This document shows, piece after piece, positions 14,355-27,229 of a stretch of DNA of 64,000 nt (position 1 is the stretch's first letter; every line of letters starts with the position of its first letter). The stretch comes from the human T2T-CHM13v2.0 reference genome, Homo sapiens, in the NCBI GenBank assembly GCA_009914755.4, contig CP068257.2, positions 25,568,001 to 25,632,000 of the forward strand, in the 5' to 3' direction. The notes below the pieces were generated by a model. That model saw nothing but the letters and a program-made list of their open reading frames with translations, had not been told where the DNA came from and did not search any database. Both the position numbers and the translations under genes were made by a program.

Positions 14355-17300
14355 TTAAGATTACTAAATATTCATTCTATGCTTTTGTGGCATTTGACTT
14401 GGCTGCTTAATTTCTTATTTTGTAGAACTTAACAATTTGGCAAATGCCTCAGAATGACAGGCCTTCAATCCATTTCTCTCTATTTTTTTTTTTTTCTATA
14501 TCGTCTAGGCACATCAATTTCTGACTATCTTGGTGGTTCTAAACTCTAAAGTTCTGGTTTCTTAAGCTTATCTCTTGCTTGATTTCTTTATAATTCTCAT
14601 TCCGGAGGAGAGTGGAGCAACTACCACAAAAGCCCTTAAGAAAGAAACAGATTACAGATGTACTCAAATCAAATTGGCTTACTTGCTTATATTTTTGTTT
14701 TTCATGGATGTTGGCCCCTTAAGTCCTAGTTGCCTCAGCAATTCTCTAGAGCATTTACATATGAATATGTGTATAATTTATAAAGAATTGTGGTAGTTTT
14801 ACATGCTGTAAGCTACCCCATCCTGGTCAAAACCATGGGGGTATAAATAGGTATGAAAATATATAGGTGATTCCATGCATTGTTTTTAAATAAGCACAGA
14901 TGTAACAAGGTAGAGAATTAAGAAAATAAATACAAATATATTACTGTATACTTAGTTGAAGATGATACAATATTTATTTTTATATGTTAGGAAAAGTCAA
15001 AGAAAGAGAATGGAAGTTCATTTGACTTTTGTTAAGCACAAAAATTATGCAAGATTGACACAGTAAAATAAAATTTGAACCTTAATGTATTCCTAGGATA
15101 TACTGCTGGAAGATTTATGATAGGATGACTCAACATTTCTACATACCTTCTTCAAAGGCATTACTGTTTATCAACAATTTTTAGCTTGGAATAATTACTA
15201 CTAAATTCCAAAAATCTAATAGTAGGTAAAATCTGACACTAAACTTACAGTTTATAGTAGAATTTGCTCTAATAAAAATATTATTCTTAACAGTTTTATT
15301 TCTGTAAATGTAGATGTTCTTTCAATAATGAAAAGTAGTATATTATAAAGTGAACTAAAATAACATAAACAAGTAATCAAATGCATGCAGTTGAAATGAT
15401 TCAAATCTTCACAATGGATAAAGTGCTCAGTGTTTCATTTGGAAATTTTGGGGTCAGGTTTAATAGTACTGCATAGGGAAAAAAGAGCTCAAGCCTTATT
15501 TATTTTAAGGACTTCTGAAATTGACTTTGAAAAACACATTGAAATTCACACGAAAAGGAGTATGTAGTAGTTTAATTACACTATTGCATGGCTTTAGAAA
15601 TTATATAGTAATTTTCCGTTTTAAACAGCTTTAAAGAATAAATTCGCTAAGCTACAAAATATTGGAATCACGTTAGTTAACAAAGGACATGTATGTTTAT
15701 GGAATACTAAATTAATATAAAAAAAAGAATTGACCTTACCTTTGTAAATTAAATTAGGAAAAATTAAAGTTTGAGTTATATACATTTTGATATGCTGTAG
15801 CCATTTCAGATGTATAAGTTATTACTTGTTAATTTATTTTTTCAGTTTCATTAATCACTTTTACACAAACTATATGCAATAAAATGTTAAAATTACTTGA
15901 TTTTTTTTAAATTTTAGACTCTGTAAGTTATCAGAGTTTAAAACCACTTAGCTACATTTTGATGTATTTATTGATATCTGGCTTAACTTTTGTTGCTGTT
16001 TTGATTTTAATATATTAAATGAAGCAACTTGCTTTCCCATGTTTTGCTTTGAGTTTATAAGGCTCATAGCTATGATGTGAGTAATTCAACAATTTTTGGC
16101 CTTACACATTCTTTTTACTGAAATGTCTTTCTTTAAGTCTCCAACCAGAGGGAAAATTAGGTAATTAAAGAATTTTTTCTTTTGTTTATAGTAGAGGAAT
16201 GTGTGGACAAAATAAATATTATTTCTCTTGTATCTTTTTCTTTGCTTTTTTAAATACAAATGTTTCATTCTTTGTAATATCCATTTCAGTGAAAATGGTT
16301 AGTCCTCACATTGTGATAATATTTTGTTTTGTTTGTAATCATTCTTTAGTTCTGGGGAAAATTCTAATTTCTGATGGAATGTTACTTATGGAATTGATTT
16401 TACAGTAGAATACATACCTTTTAAAGGTTTCCCCTGCCTTAATCACAAAGAAAGGAAACTTTACTTCTGATACTTATGCTAAAACTAAGAGTCATAAAAA
16501 TAAGATGACTTGATCAATTTTAAGAGTAAATGAGTGGTAGAAACAGAAGGAGGAGGGAGATAAAACATAGAACAAGCTTCATGCTAGTGCCTTAGAAATA
16601 TTAGCTAGTTAAATCCCCTGATATTCCTGTAAGATAGATTCTTCCCATCTTACAGGTGAAAAAACTGGATCTCAAATCCAAGTGGGATGACGATGACAAA
16701 TGTGCATTATTCCACAGATGTGAAATGTATAAAGATTTTCTTTTTAGTCTTACTTTTTATTATGGAAAATTTTATGTGTAAAGAAGCTTAAGAACCCATG
16801 GGAATACAGACAATAAATGTCAGTGCTGATAATTAATTGCTTGCATTGGCTCTACCCATCCTGATGTTACTCTAATTATCAGGATCCAGATTAGCACTGT
16901 CACTGTCGTGTATTAGACAAGGAGAGTTTTCTACATTAATGTCTGAAGGAAGCTTCATCTGTTCATAAGGTCCTGTATTCCTTTAACCTTCAAAGACAAA
17001 AATTCAGTCTCATTTTCTGCTTTGCTCTGGAGATCCAATCTTTCAATAGGTCCTTCTCCCCAGGTGTCTGTGGAAATCTCAGGAAGGACTTCCATTTGCC
17101 ACACAACCCTCTGCTCTCTTGCCCAGCTGTTTGCCTCCAAACAACTCTCCCTCTCTACTCCCGTTCATTACTTTTGGTCTGGAGACCAGCATTCTTAGAC
17201 TATCTCTGCTCCTTCTTCTATAACTATTTTATCCAAGCTACGGATGCAAGCCTTTGATGTCTCACAATGAATGCAAGGCCAGGCCATAAAATTAAATAAA

Positions 17301-20300
17301 ACTTTATTGCAACAGAGCAATTTAAAATCAATTGCTGAGCATGTTGCTTTTTGAGTTCAGAATCCCTGTAGGAATACACAACCCCCCTCCAGCTGGAGCT
17401 AACTTCTGCATTTTTAGAAAGATTGCCAAGTAAAACACAGAATGCCCATTTCCATTTGAATTTTATAGAAACACAGAATAGTTTTATAGTATAAAATGTA
17501 TCAAACTATCAGGATATATTTATAATAAAACCGGAACATACTTATACCAAAACACTAGGATATACACTAAACAAGAAATTTAAAAATGTGATGCTTATCT
17601 AAAATTCAAATTGCACTGGGCAGCCTGTATTTTTATTTGCTGAATGTGGCAACTCTAGTTTCCCTAACCATAGGAGAGCACTGGACTAAGTCTTCCCCTT
17701 CCAGGGTCTAGGCCTCTAATTTCTCCAATCTTTTATCTTTAGATCTATTACTTACAGCATCAATGTAGTTTTATTTTTTGTTTTTGTTTTATGTTTTGTT
17801 TTGTTTTTGTAAGCATATGTAAAATACATAACGTTTTTGGGGGGTAAACTAGCATCAAAAGAGCTAGATTCTGACTCTTGCTCTATTTGCAAGTCTTTGG
17901 ACATGAGGATGATCAAGGAACGCTTCTCAACTTCCTTTTATCCCTATTAGAATTCAGCTCAAACAGTAAGTCCTGCCTTGCATGGTGGCTGTGATAATTA
18001 GGTAAGAAATCAAGGGAGAAGGCATTCAGAAAGCATAAATTCTGACCCAACTATAGAGAAATACGTACAGCTTACATTGTCTTTTAGGTTATGTTTTACG
18101 TTGTGTTGTTTCATGGGAATGTCATGGGGGAGAATCTATAAACCGCAGCCAGATGGTAGAAGAGCATCCATCAAGGAGGGTAGACAACTTAGTCTTTGGT
18201 CTCCATTCTCTCTGGATGTCTTTCTGTGTCTACCTGTCAGCCTGGACCATGACATCTCTTCTAAATGGAATCTCAAATACTTCTGATTGGGGTTCCAAGC
18301 CATCTGCCCTCCTATGTTTCTGTCCAACACTGTTAACCTAATGTTTAATTATGTCTTCAGGCCCCTAGTCCTTAATCTTGGTATTTGGCATCACCTGATC
18401 TTAATTCCCAATCATTTTCGTGGTGGTTTTGTTTGTTTCTATTTCTGGATGCATGTGTGTGCTTGCTTTTCCTCTAGACTGTTTTCATATCATTTGAAAT
18501 CTAATGTCCGCCCTCACTCCCCCCATTCTCAGTGGTATTAAAAGAAGTACTGTGTCTCTTCTCTCCGATGTTTAAAAAGATCTTTCCAAATCATTTCACC
18601 AAATTTTGCTTTCTCTAAAGATTTTGAATGTTTATTATCCTTCTGAAATGTTGGCATATTCCTGAAGCTAACTGATACCAAATGTTATGTAAAATCTGTG
18701 AAGTTGCTCTTAGAAGGTGGTATTTATAAACTATATGTAAATGTGGAGTTTCAGCTCAGAGAGGGCTCAGTATACCTCTTTCCAATTCCATGGTTCCCAT
18801 GTGATGTGCTTTTGGATTTCAAGACAGTACTCCAAAGCTAACCATTCATTTGGGCCTAGAAATGTGTTTTCTGATAGTGTGGATGTTGTCAAAACAACTT
18901 GAGTAAAGCATTTGATTGAGTGCTGCTATGAGGACACCCCCAAGAAATTTAGCATTTATGTGATATTCCCCTTTTTCTTAGGAGAATAATATCTTCCAAG
19001 ACTTTTAATTCCCACTTCTACCTTCCAACGTAGTTATCAGGTGATAAAGGTATTTTTTGTTTATAGCATTGAGTGCTAACAAGATTCTTCAAATAATTTA
19101 ATTGAATGCCTTAAAATCTATGGATCTAATTTCTGTTTGTTGTTGTTGAATATGGATAAGCTTTCAAAGTGGAGCTAATTTTTTAGAAAAATAGTTCAAG
19201 TACTGAAGTATTGTGAGAAATGTTATTTCTTTGGCTGGACTGCCTCCCTGTTGCTGAATGGTTGGCGTACACGTCATGCTATCAAATCCTATCATTCTCC
19301 CATGCTAAAAAAAAAAAGTCAGACATCCAATAAAATAATTTGGCAAACCCGGCTTATGTATTCTGTGAAAATAAAATCAGTTTCTACAATCAATTATTTG
19401 AAAGGTCGCTTAAAAAAATTCTGTTTCCATTAATATTTTAAACTATTTCCTTTTAGTTGGGGGAAGAAAGGAGCAATGCCATTCTTTGTAGACTTAAGTA
19501 AATAAATGACATTTCAGTGTATAAGATTTAGAGTCATTCCTACCCAATTTAGTTTTCTTCTGTAAAGTTTATATGGCAATAAAATTTTCTCTATTTTTCT
19601 CATTCCATTTTTTTAAGTGGAATACAGTATTTTAAAAATTGAATAAATACATACAGAATTTCATATCAATATTTGTTGGCATAATTAGAAAAAGGAGAAA
19701 AAATTTGCCAAATAAAATATAGGTTGCCTAGTTAAATTTAAATTTTATATAAACAATACTTTTAAAAAATTATATCCCATGTAATATTTAGAACATAACT
19801 TACACTGAAAAATATCATTGTTTATCTGAAGTTCAAATTTCATTGGATATCCTGTATTTGCTAAATCTGTTAACAGTAGAAAGAAGATAAAGCAGATGGT
19901 GAAGTTAAAAAAAATTGAGGTATTATCAATGAAGTTTTGGACAGTACACTTGTAATTTAGACTAGAACTCTAATTTCATTAGCTGCAAAGTAAGGAAGAA
20001 GATACTTAATTCCTGCGTCTTCACAGAAGTTACTACATTCCATGGACAGGGCCAAGATTCTGCTTGAATTTTATAGATAAAAGAGATGCAGAGAGATTCA
20101 GAAACTTGCCTAAGCTAGCAAGTGGTACAGTTAAGATTACTCTTTCTGACTATAGTCAGTCTGTCTCCAAAGACGACTACACCCCACCTCTCTAAATGTT
20201 TCATCCCCAAGGAAAGGATTGGAAATACCAGACAGTTGTTCACTGGCAAAGTTCTTCATCTGACAAGTAATCATGATATCCCAATCTTGCAATGTTACTG

Positions 20301-20934
20301 TAAAGGATTGCTGAAAGATATGAATATATATCAAAACATAAATGAGAGTCACTTGACATTAACATTTGTTTTCTTTGTTAAGCATGTAAGTTTCTCTGAA
20401 TCACTGGGATCATGACAGGATTCAGAAAGCAGGACGTGGTATTAAGAAAATGAGAGGACAAGGAGATAATTTTGAATCTTTTATGGAGAAAGGCATTGAA
20501 TAATGTTAAAATAAAAGAAACAAGGAGAGAAATGCATCCTCGTATTAGTGTATGATCCATAGCCAAGCAAAACAAAATTTCAGGTATTTCATGAAAAGCT
20601 GTAGGGCTAGAGATCTTAAAATATTTTCAATGAGAGAGAAAGAGAATTTATGTTAATAGGTCTAATGTTACTAATTTTAGGTGTGCATATGAATATTAGT
20701 ATTGATGTTACTTATATTTACTGTTGTGTTGTAAATTTGTTATTTATTATGGCTCTCAAAGTTTTATCCCTAATTTTGTTTCCTAAGTCTTTTTTAGTCT
20801 CCTATAATAATAGTAGTAGTAGCTGTCATTACATGAGAGATTCTGTACAAGCACTTGACTTGCTAGCTCTTGGAAACTTAAAAACGTCTTTATTAGGAGT
20901 ATATTTGTGTGTGTGTTTAGTTTCCCTGTTTTAG

Positions 20935-21030
20935 TTATGGGTAAACTAAAGGCCAGTGAGTTTAGAAAAGCACTCAAGGTCACACAGCTAGTAAGAGAGT
21001 AGCCAAGTTGGAACCCAACAGCCCCCACTT
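20935..21030 (-). mobile_element. MIR fragment
   Basis: cactcaaggtcacacagctagtaagagagtagccaagttggaacccaac is the reverse complement of the MIR core (ctagctgtgtgaccttgggcaagt...). Confidence 0.45.
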
Positions 21031-22306
21031 TCCTTCTATGTTGTACTATTCTGCTTCTAGTCATGTCTTAACTCCATTAATTATTATGATTGATGAATAC
21101 CTGGGTTAAATTGTCAAATCAATGCTGAAAAATCTCAACTCTCACTCCTAGATTTAAAAGCAATTTTTTTTCGGTGCAATTTGAAACCCTTAGAGACTTT
21201 CTGGTTTTAGGGTTTTGTAGGTTTCTGTCTTACTTTTCTGAGTAATTATTTTAATGGCCTTTCTGATTTTAATTTTAATTTAATTTAACTTAATTTCACC
21301 ATGTTGCCTAAGGGGAACACTACTTCTGACTTGAAATTTTCTGGAAGTCCTGATACAACTTTGACTCTTGTCATTTTAAAGGAAAAAAATGGCAGCATAC
21401 TGAAACGGTAAATGGAAAGGCCATGTTTTTTGAGTGACACCATTAGAGTAAAAACTAGCCAGAGGCATCTGGTGGACAAGCATCTGAGCCACACAGGAGG
21501 GAAGTCCTGTCCATGAGATGCATTCACGTGAGTCCTGGATTCAACTGCTTAGCTTGGCTCCACCATGGGTTCTTCTCAAAAACCAACCTTACAAAGTTGT
21601 TGTAAAGGCTAACAAACATATTTATTTATAGAACAATATAAATGATAGGTACTTGATAAATGGTGGTTATTTTATTAGTATGCTTAAGTAATGGAGCTTA
21701 ATCCATTCAATCAATTTCTCTATTTTTCACAGAGATAAGGAAATGAGCTTTTTGACAGCTTTTCCCTGCTATTAGATTAGTTGACAAGATGGTGTTAATA
21801 CACCCATTCAACCACCGTGGCAGACACTGTAGTTCCCGGACAGTGAAATTTTTGTTGCACCAAATACGATTATTGTGGTTTTTGTTTACAATGCTATACA
21901 TGTTTGTTGTTTATTTTATTTAACTTTAGTAGAAATGAGTTGCTTTATTTAAAAAAAATGACTGCTAATTTGATCACTGAAATAAAATTAAATGGCAGTT
22001 CAAGATGCAGACTTCTAACCAAGCTCTAGTATTAAACAATGCTGCTACTTTCCAATTCTCACTACTCATCAGATGTGTTGTATATATCCAAGATTGCGGA
22101 ATTTGGGAAAAAATATTTTTTCATTTAAGATGTCAAGTGTATTTTTTGAGTAGATCATCGTGAACATTGAGAAGTTTTGGATCATTTGCCCATATATGTT
22201 AACTGAATAAATGTACTGGAAAAATCTCTCTCAGCATTTTAAACTATTGACTTGTTTGTTAATGCAAATTTAGAATATATCATGAGACATTCTATCCCAA
22301 GATCTG

Positions 22307-22665
22307 TTGAATTTTGTTGTATTATAGACCAGGGAATAAACAAAAAATCTACAAATCCAAAAAATAAGAGCATAGATGAGTATTTTCATAATATTTTTGA
22401 AAATCTCTGAGAAAGATGATTTATAAGAAAACATAATACTGGGTCATTTTGTCTCCCATCTTTATACAACTTGGTGAGTTGAGTGTCTGTTGAGTTTTGC
22501 TGTATAATAGACCAGGAAATAACCCAACAGTTCACTATAAAAGCTTAGATGGATATTTTCATAATATTTATGAAAATCTCTGAGAAAGATGAAAAGAAAA
22601 CACAAAACTGGGTCATTTTGCCTCTTGTCTTCATACGACTTTGTAGGTGGTCATTAAAAATAATT
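22307..22665 (+). repeat. local tandem duplication, 2 x ~180 bp (~80% identity)
   Basis: Unit 1 is attttgttgtattatagaccagggaataaac...catagatgagtattttcataatatttttgaaaatctctgagaaagatga...ctgggtcattttgtctcccatc. Unit 2 is agttttgctgtataatagaccaggaaataac...cttagatggatattttcataatatttatgaaaatctctgagaaagatgaaaag...ctgggtcattttgcctcttgtc. Confidence 0.85.
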
Positions 22666-22696
22666 CCATCCTAGTCCATATGAATGCTGTAATTTT

Positions 22697-22785
22697 GTTA
22701 AATATTACTAGAAATAATAGAGTTTAAAATATAATACTTGTTAAATATTACTAGAAATAATAGAGTTTAAAATGTCATACTTAAC
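22697..22785 (+). repeat. tandem duplication, 2 x 44 bp (2 mismatches)
   Basis: gttaaatattactagaaataatagagtttaaaatataatacttg followed immediately by ttaaatattactagaaataatagagtttaaaatgtcatacttaac. Confidence 0.9.
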
Positions 22786-22805
22786 ATTCTAAAAAGAGAA
22801 AATTA

Positions 22806-22859
22806 TTAGGTTGGTGGAAAAGTAATTGTGGTTTTTGCCATTACTTTTGCACAACCTAA
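22806..22859. mobile_element. MADE1 (Hsmar1-derived mariner MITE), internally deleted, flanked by TA
   Basis: ttaggttggtggaaaagtaattgtggtttttgccatt|acttttgcacaacctaa matches the MADE1 terminal inverted repeats (consensus ttaggttggtgcaaaagtaattgcggtttttgccatt...acttttgcaccaacctaa). A TA dinucleotide sits on each side. The central ~23 bp of the 80-bp element is missing. Confidence 0.75.
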
Positions 22860-24021
22860 TAAGTTAGATTATCATTATTATGGAACATTATCTTATATTA
22901 TTTCCTTCAAAAATGTGTAGCTTTTCAAACGCCATTAGACATTAAACCCTTTTAACACATGAGTTGTTTGTATTTTGCTTTTCTAACAAGACATCTAGAA
23001 TATGCTACGTTTTCTACTTTAGCATTGTTTCAACTTTGAATAATTACTTTCTGATAGATTGAATGTAGGTTTATTGAGAGGAATTATCATTTTAAATTGT
23101 TTTGGATATTTTTTCCTTTACTACTCAGCAAATCAAAAACTATTGTCAATGCTCTAATTATGATTTATAGAGATTAATTCCCACTACCAAAGTGTTGATC
23201 ATGATTTTTTTTTTTTTACAGGTACTAAAGCAGGTGTTTTACCTAACATCTCTGTGTTGCCAGGTTTTGCAGCCACTGAAGTTATTGATCACTTTTCAAA
23301 AATGTCTCACTTTGCATATCGACTACCCTCCGTTGCTCCCTGCTAGTTTTTAAATCTGCACTTTGGGGCACTAGAAGTGACTGAAATATCAGTTAAGTCC
23401 TATTTGACAAATACGTATTTAGAGTAACCAATTCAATAGGGCCATAAAGAAACTACGGGGTTAGTGCTAGTTAATATTGAGACATCAGTTTTGGGAATTT
23501 TGCTGTTTATTGGTGGAAGCTACAACGAGATTTTGTGTAGTTTCTATTAAAACAATAAAATATTATCTGATTCATAATTCAGTTCAAAATACGCTTTAAT
23601 GTTTTGCTAGATGTGTTGGACACTCAGCTTCTATTTCCATGGGCTGAATAATTGATGTTTACATTTCCCAGACATCCATACAGTTAGGGTTCTAAAAGTA
23701 AGTTACATCTTCCACTTGGATTTGGAACATTTCCTCATTCCAGGTTCCAGACCGCTATATCAACAGACTCGTAGAATGTTACTGAACACACTGAACACAC
23801 TGTTTGGTGGTGAACAGATGGTGGCTAAGAAGTTGCTCATGGTTCCTGGGAGTCCTAACCAGGGCCTGATACGGCAAACCTTTCAATGATTTGTAAACTC
23901 CTAGTGTATCTTATCTCCTTAAAACACATAAACACGTAAAACTGTGTCTCCTTAAAACACAGCATGGTTTTGTTTTCACCACTGAGCCCAAAGTAATTAA
24001 AACGAACTGCTATCACATTCA

Positions 24022-24023
<2 letters not shown>

Positions 24024-24052
<29 letters not shown>

Positions 24053-24057
24053 CTGTG
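24024..24057. repeat. (GT)n microsatellite, ~15 units
   Basis: tgtgtgtgtgtgtgtgtgtgtgtgtgtgtctgtg. Confidence 0.95.
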
Positions 24058-25689
24058 ATTTGCAAAATGATATAAATAGGTAGATAACATTGTTAAATAG
24101 ATAAAGCCTTAGAAGACGAGAGGATACAAATTAATATTTATTATACCTGTGTTCACTACAACAATCCAGTTTGTGTTTTGCACTGTAAATCCCAAAATGT
24201 GTTATATTATTTTTGTCAACTAGCGTTGCCAACACAAAGCCAATATAAGTTGATTTTACAAGAGTATACATATAATATTTAACAGCTGGGTTTGAAAATA
24301 ATTCAGGTTTTAAAGTTGGAAGTATCTTCGCTTTTAGTAGGTAAAGAAATAAAAATCTGAGAGGAAGGATTAGGTGATGTAATTTCTTCTGTTTGATACT
24401 TAAATTCCATAAGAGTCTATATTTGAGAAATATAAAAATATTGCTGAGTAGCACTTTTCTGGGACTTTGAGAAGTGTGGGAGACAGAATGCACTTTACGA
24501 ACATTTTTTATGCCTTGTAAAAATAGCACTACATATATATGTGTTTAACTCTACATAGCAATGAACTTACTTTCTCTCTGCTTTTTATATTCCTTTATGG
24601 TTTACTACCTTAGGCATTAAATCAAGAATTTAATATGTTGAGGGGAAAGGGTTGCATATCAAAAGTTTCTTTCTTCAAGCAAATATGTGGTGGATTCCCA
24701 CATGTCTACTGAAATAAAACTAGGGAATAATATGTATGTGTATTACAATATTCTTTTCAAGACTTTGGCAGGAGAATTATTTAAGTATGTCATTCTATCT
24801 TGAAAGCCAACTATGGGTTTATGAGGGGGAGGGGAATACATCTATACATTAATTCTTGCAAGGTTAAGAAGTTTTGGGTTTGAGTCTCGTAACACTAATT
24901 AAAATTTTGTGGTTTTCAACAAGTGATGCATTACATTTGATTTATTCTGCATTGAAGAAGAAAGAATATCATCTCTCATCTCATCTAATGTTTATCAATC
25001 GGGTTAGCCATTCTAACATAGATTTGATGTTTTTAAGCATCTTAATGCATAGTTAATTGCAATTGGCAAATAACCTATAAATGCATTGTGCAATGGGCCT
25101 GCTGGTATGGGATGAGGTCAGCGTAATGCATGGCGAGAGGCAGCTTAGCTTTGTGGCTAAACACAGGTGTTCTGCATATCTGGGCTCCAATATCTGGGTT
25201 CAACTCCTAACTCCATCGAATACTAACCCTTTGATTTTGGGCATGTCACACAATTTCAGCTTCAATTATTTTCTGTAAAATGAGTATTATAATTGTATCT
25301 ACTTTATTCAGTTAATGTGAGGATCGAATGGGTGATTCAAGATGTTGATGCATATTCTCTAAAAAAAGGAATTCTCCACTCTTAATTGATATCAAAGGTA
25401 CGAAAAAATAAATAATTCTGCCAGTGCATAACCTCATCTAAATGATAGCTGCCTGAAAAATACCAGATAGAATCCTAAAATATAAATTTAGGATTATATT
25501 TTAAATAATGTATACAGTATCTCTTTAAAATGCTGCTTCTGCTCGGGGGTAACTTTCCAGATGCTGATAGGCAAGGGGTCTGGCTGTGGGGCACAGGCAC
25601 TTCAGCCTCCTCCCACAGCCTCTGAATGATGAGGCGCAGACACACCCAGCAGCATGCAAATGCCTTGCCATCTCTATAATCCTGCCCTC

Positions 25690-26110
25690 CATGTGGGGCA
25701 TCTTATTCTGTTCTGGTTGTCATAGTAAAATGCCACAAGGTGGGTAGCCTACTAATGACAGGACTTTATTTCTCACCATCGTGAAGCCTGGGAAGTCCAA
25801 GGTCCAGGCACAAGCAGATTCAGTGTCCAGTGAGAGGGACTTTCTGATTTATAAATGGTGCCTTCTTGCTGTGTCCTCACAAGAATGAAGAGAAAAGTAG
25901 CATTCTTGCACCTCTTTTAAGGGCACTAATCTCATTGCAAATCACCTAATCACCTCCCAAAGACCCCACTCCTAATATGGTCACCTTCCAAAGACCCCAC
26001 TCCTAACACTGTCACCTTCCAAAGACCCCACTCCTAATATCATCACATTGGGGAATAGATTTGAACATTCGGATTTTCGAAGGAACACAAATATTTAGAC
26101 CATAGCATGA
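25690..26110 (+). mobile_element. ERVL-MaLR-type LTR (MLT1/MST-like) segment
   Basis: Diagnostic MaLR text: tttatttctcaccatcgtgaagcctgggaagtccaaggtccaggc...tggtgccttcttgctgtgtcctcacaag...ctcttttaagggcactaatctcatt...aatcacctcccaaagaccccactcctaata...catcacattggggaatagatttgaacat...agaccatagca. The exact subfamily is unresolved. Confidence 0.6.
25950..26042 (+). repeat. 31-bp tandem repeat x3 (minisatellite) inside the LTR
   Basis: tcacctcccaaagaccccactcctaatatgg / tcaccttccaaagaccccactcctaacactg / tcaccttccaaagaccccactcctaatatca. The inverted copy at 28661-28850 has a single unit. Confidence 0.9.
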
Positions 26111-27229
26111 GATGCCCATGTTAGATTTGTAGCCAGACTAAGGCAGCAGGGATGCTGGAAAAGGGATTTCAGTGGAATCTAGGAGCAAGGTCGGGCAGCC
26201 AGCAGTCTTGAATCACCACCCCGCCACATCCCTGTGGCCTTCCACTTCTACAAAGGAGGGCTCTAACCTGGGATTCAGCCAACAGGCTTGGAATCTCTCC
26301 CTCTGACCTCATATTTTGAGTTAAAGGAGGTCTTCAATGTGAATGCAGCCCTGTAGATGGGGCAGTCTTGTGCAGAAGATAATCCGAATACTGTTATGTG
26401 ATATGTCTGACCAGAGCCTCATTATTTACTCAGAAAAATGGTTATGCTATTTGATACGGAAGAAGTGATTGATAGTGTAGTTGCTTTCGGTAAATAGGAA
26501 GGCTGCAGGTTGATGATTTCTTAGATACCCATGAGACTGGGTTCACTTCTATAGACATAGGACACACCATTTTATTGTCTAAAGAGCAAAGAAGTCCTAT
26601 TATATTGCTGATTTGGCTCATCCTGATTCAGAGCCTAGATGAGGCTGTACCTCCTTGAACTATGTTCATATTTCAGGCATCTGGGTAGATCTTAGTGAAA
26701 AGGCAGTGGCACATTTTCTTCTCTGATGACAACCTCCCCTCTTTTCAGCTCTTCCACCCCACTACTCTTGGTGAACCTACTTTTACGTGCATCAAAATCT
26801 TTAGTCGTCCAACCACTCCTCCTCTCCAATTCATTCTATTTGGCCTCCTGATGCAAAACCACTGTATTAATAAAGTTGCTCTAAGCCCTTTAAACTAATT
26901 TCATGACTTATTCTTCTACTATAACTTTCTTAGGTGTTCTTCTTGCCTCTTGCACTTAAGAAGCAGAAAATCATTAAAGACTGTGGTAAAAGTACTGACG
27001 TGCTTAAATAAAACAGTTCCAGCCCACCTGGTTTATTACTGTTCAGAGTCAAGTAAACTTCTCATTGTTGAGGGACTATCTTCAGCAAAAATTTCAAGTT
27101 TTTTCTGCCCTAAGCAATCCTTCTATAGCATCTGGGTCTGCTCAGCAACTTACAACTTTCTACAAATAAGATTAACAACAACAGAGGACTCCTTTCACCT
27201 CACTTGAGAATTTATCTGTATCTTCTTTG

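Noticed and set aside
24131-24529. Longest ORF in the window (132 aa, minus strand)
   Set aside because: The sequence is AT-rich and of low complexity, translating to a Leu/Lys/Ile/Phe-rich peptide. There is no splice-site context, no CpG island or Kozak context, and no resemblance to any protein family I know. An ORF of this length is expected by chance in 64 kb of 37%-GC DNA.
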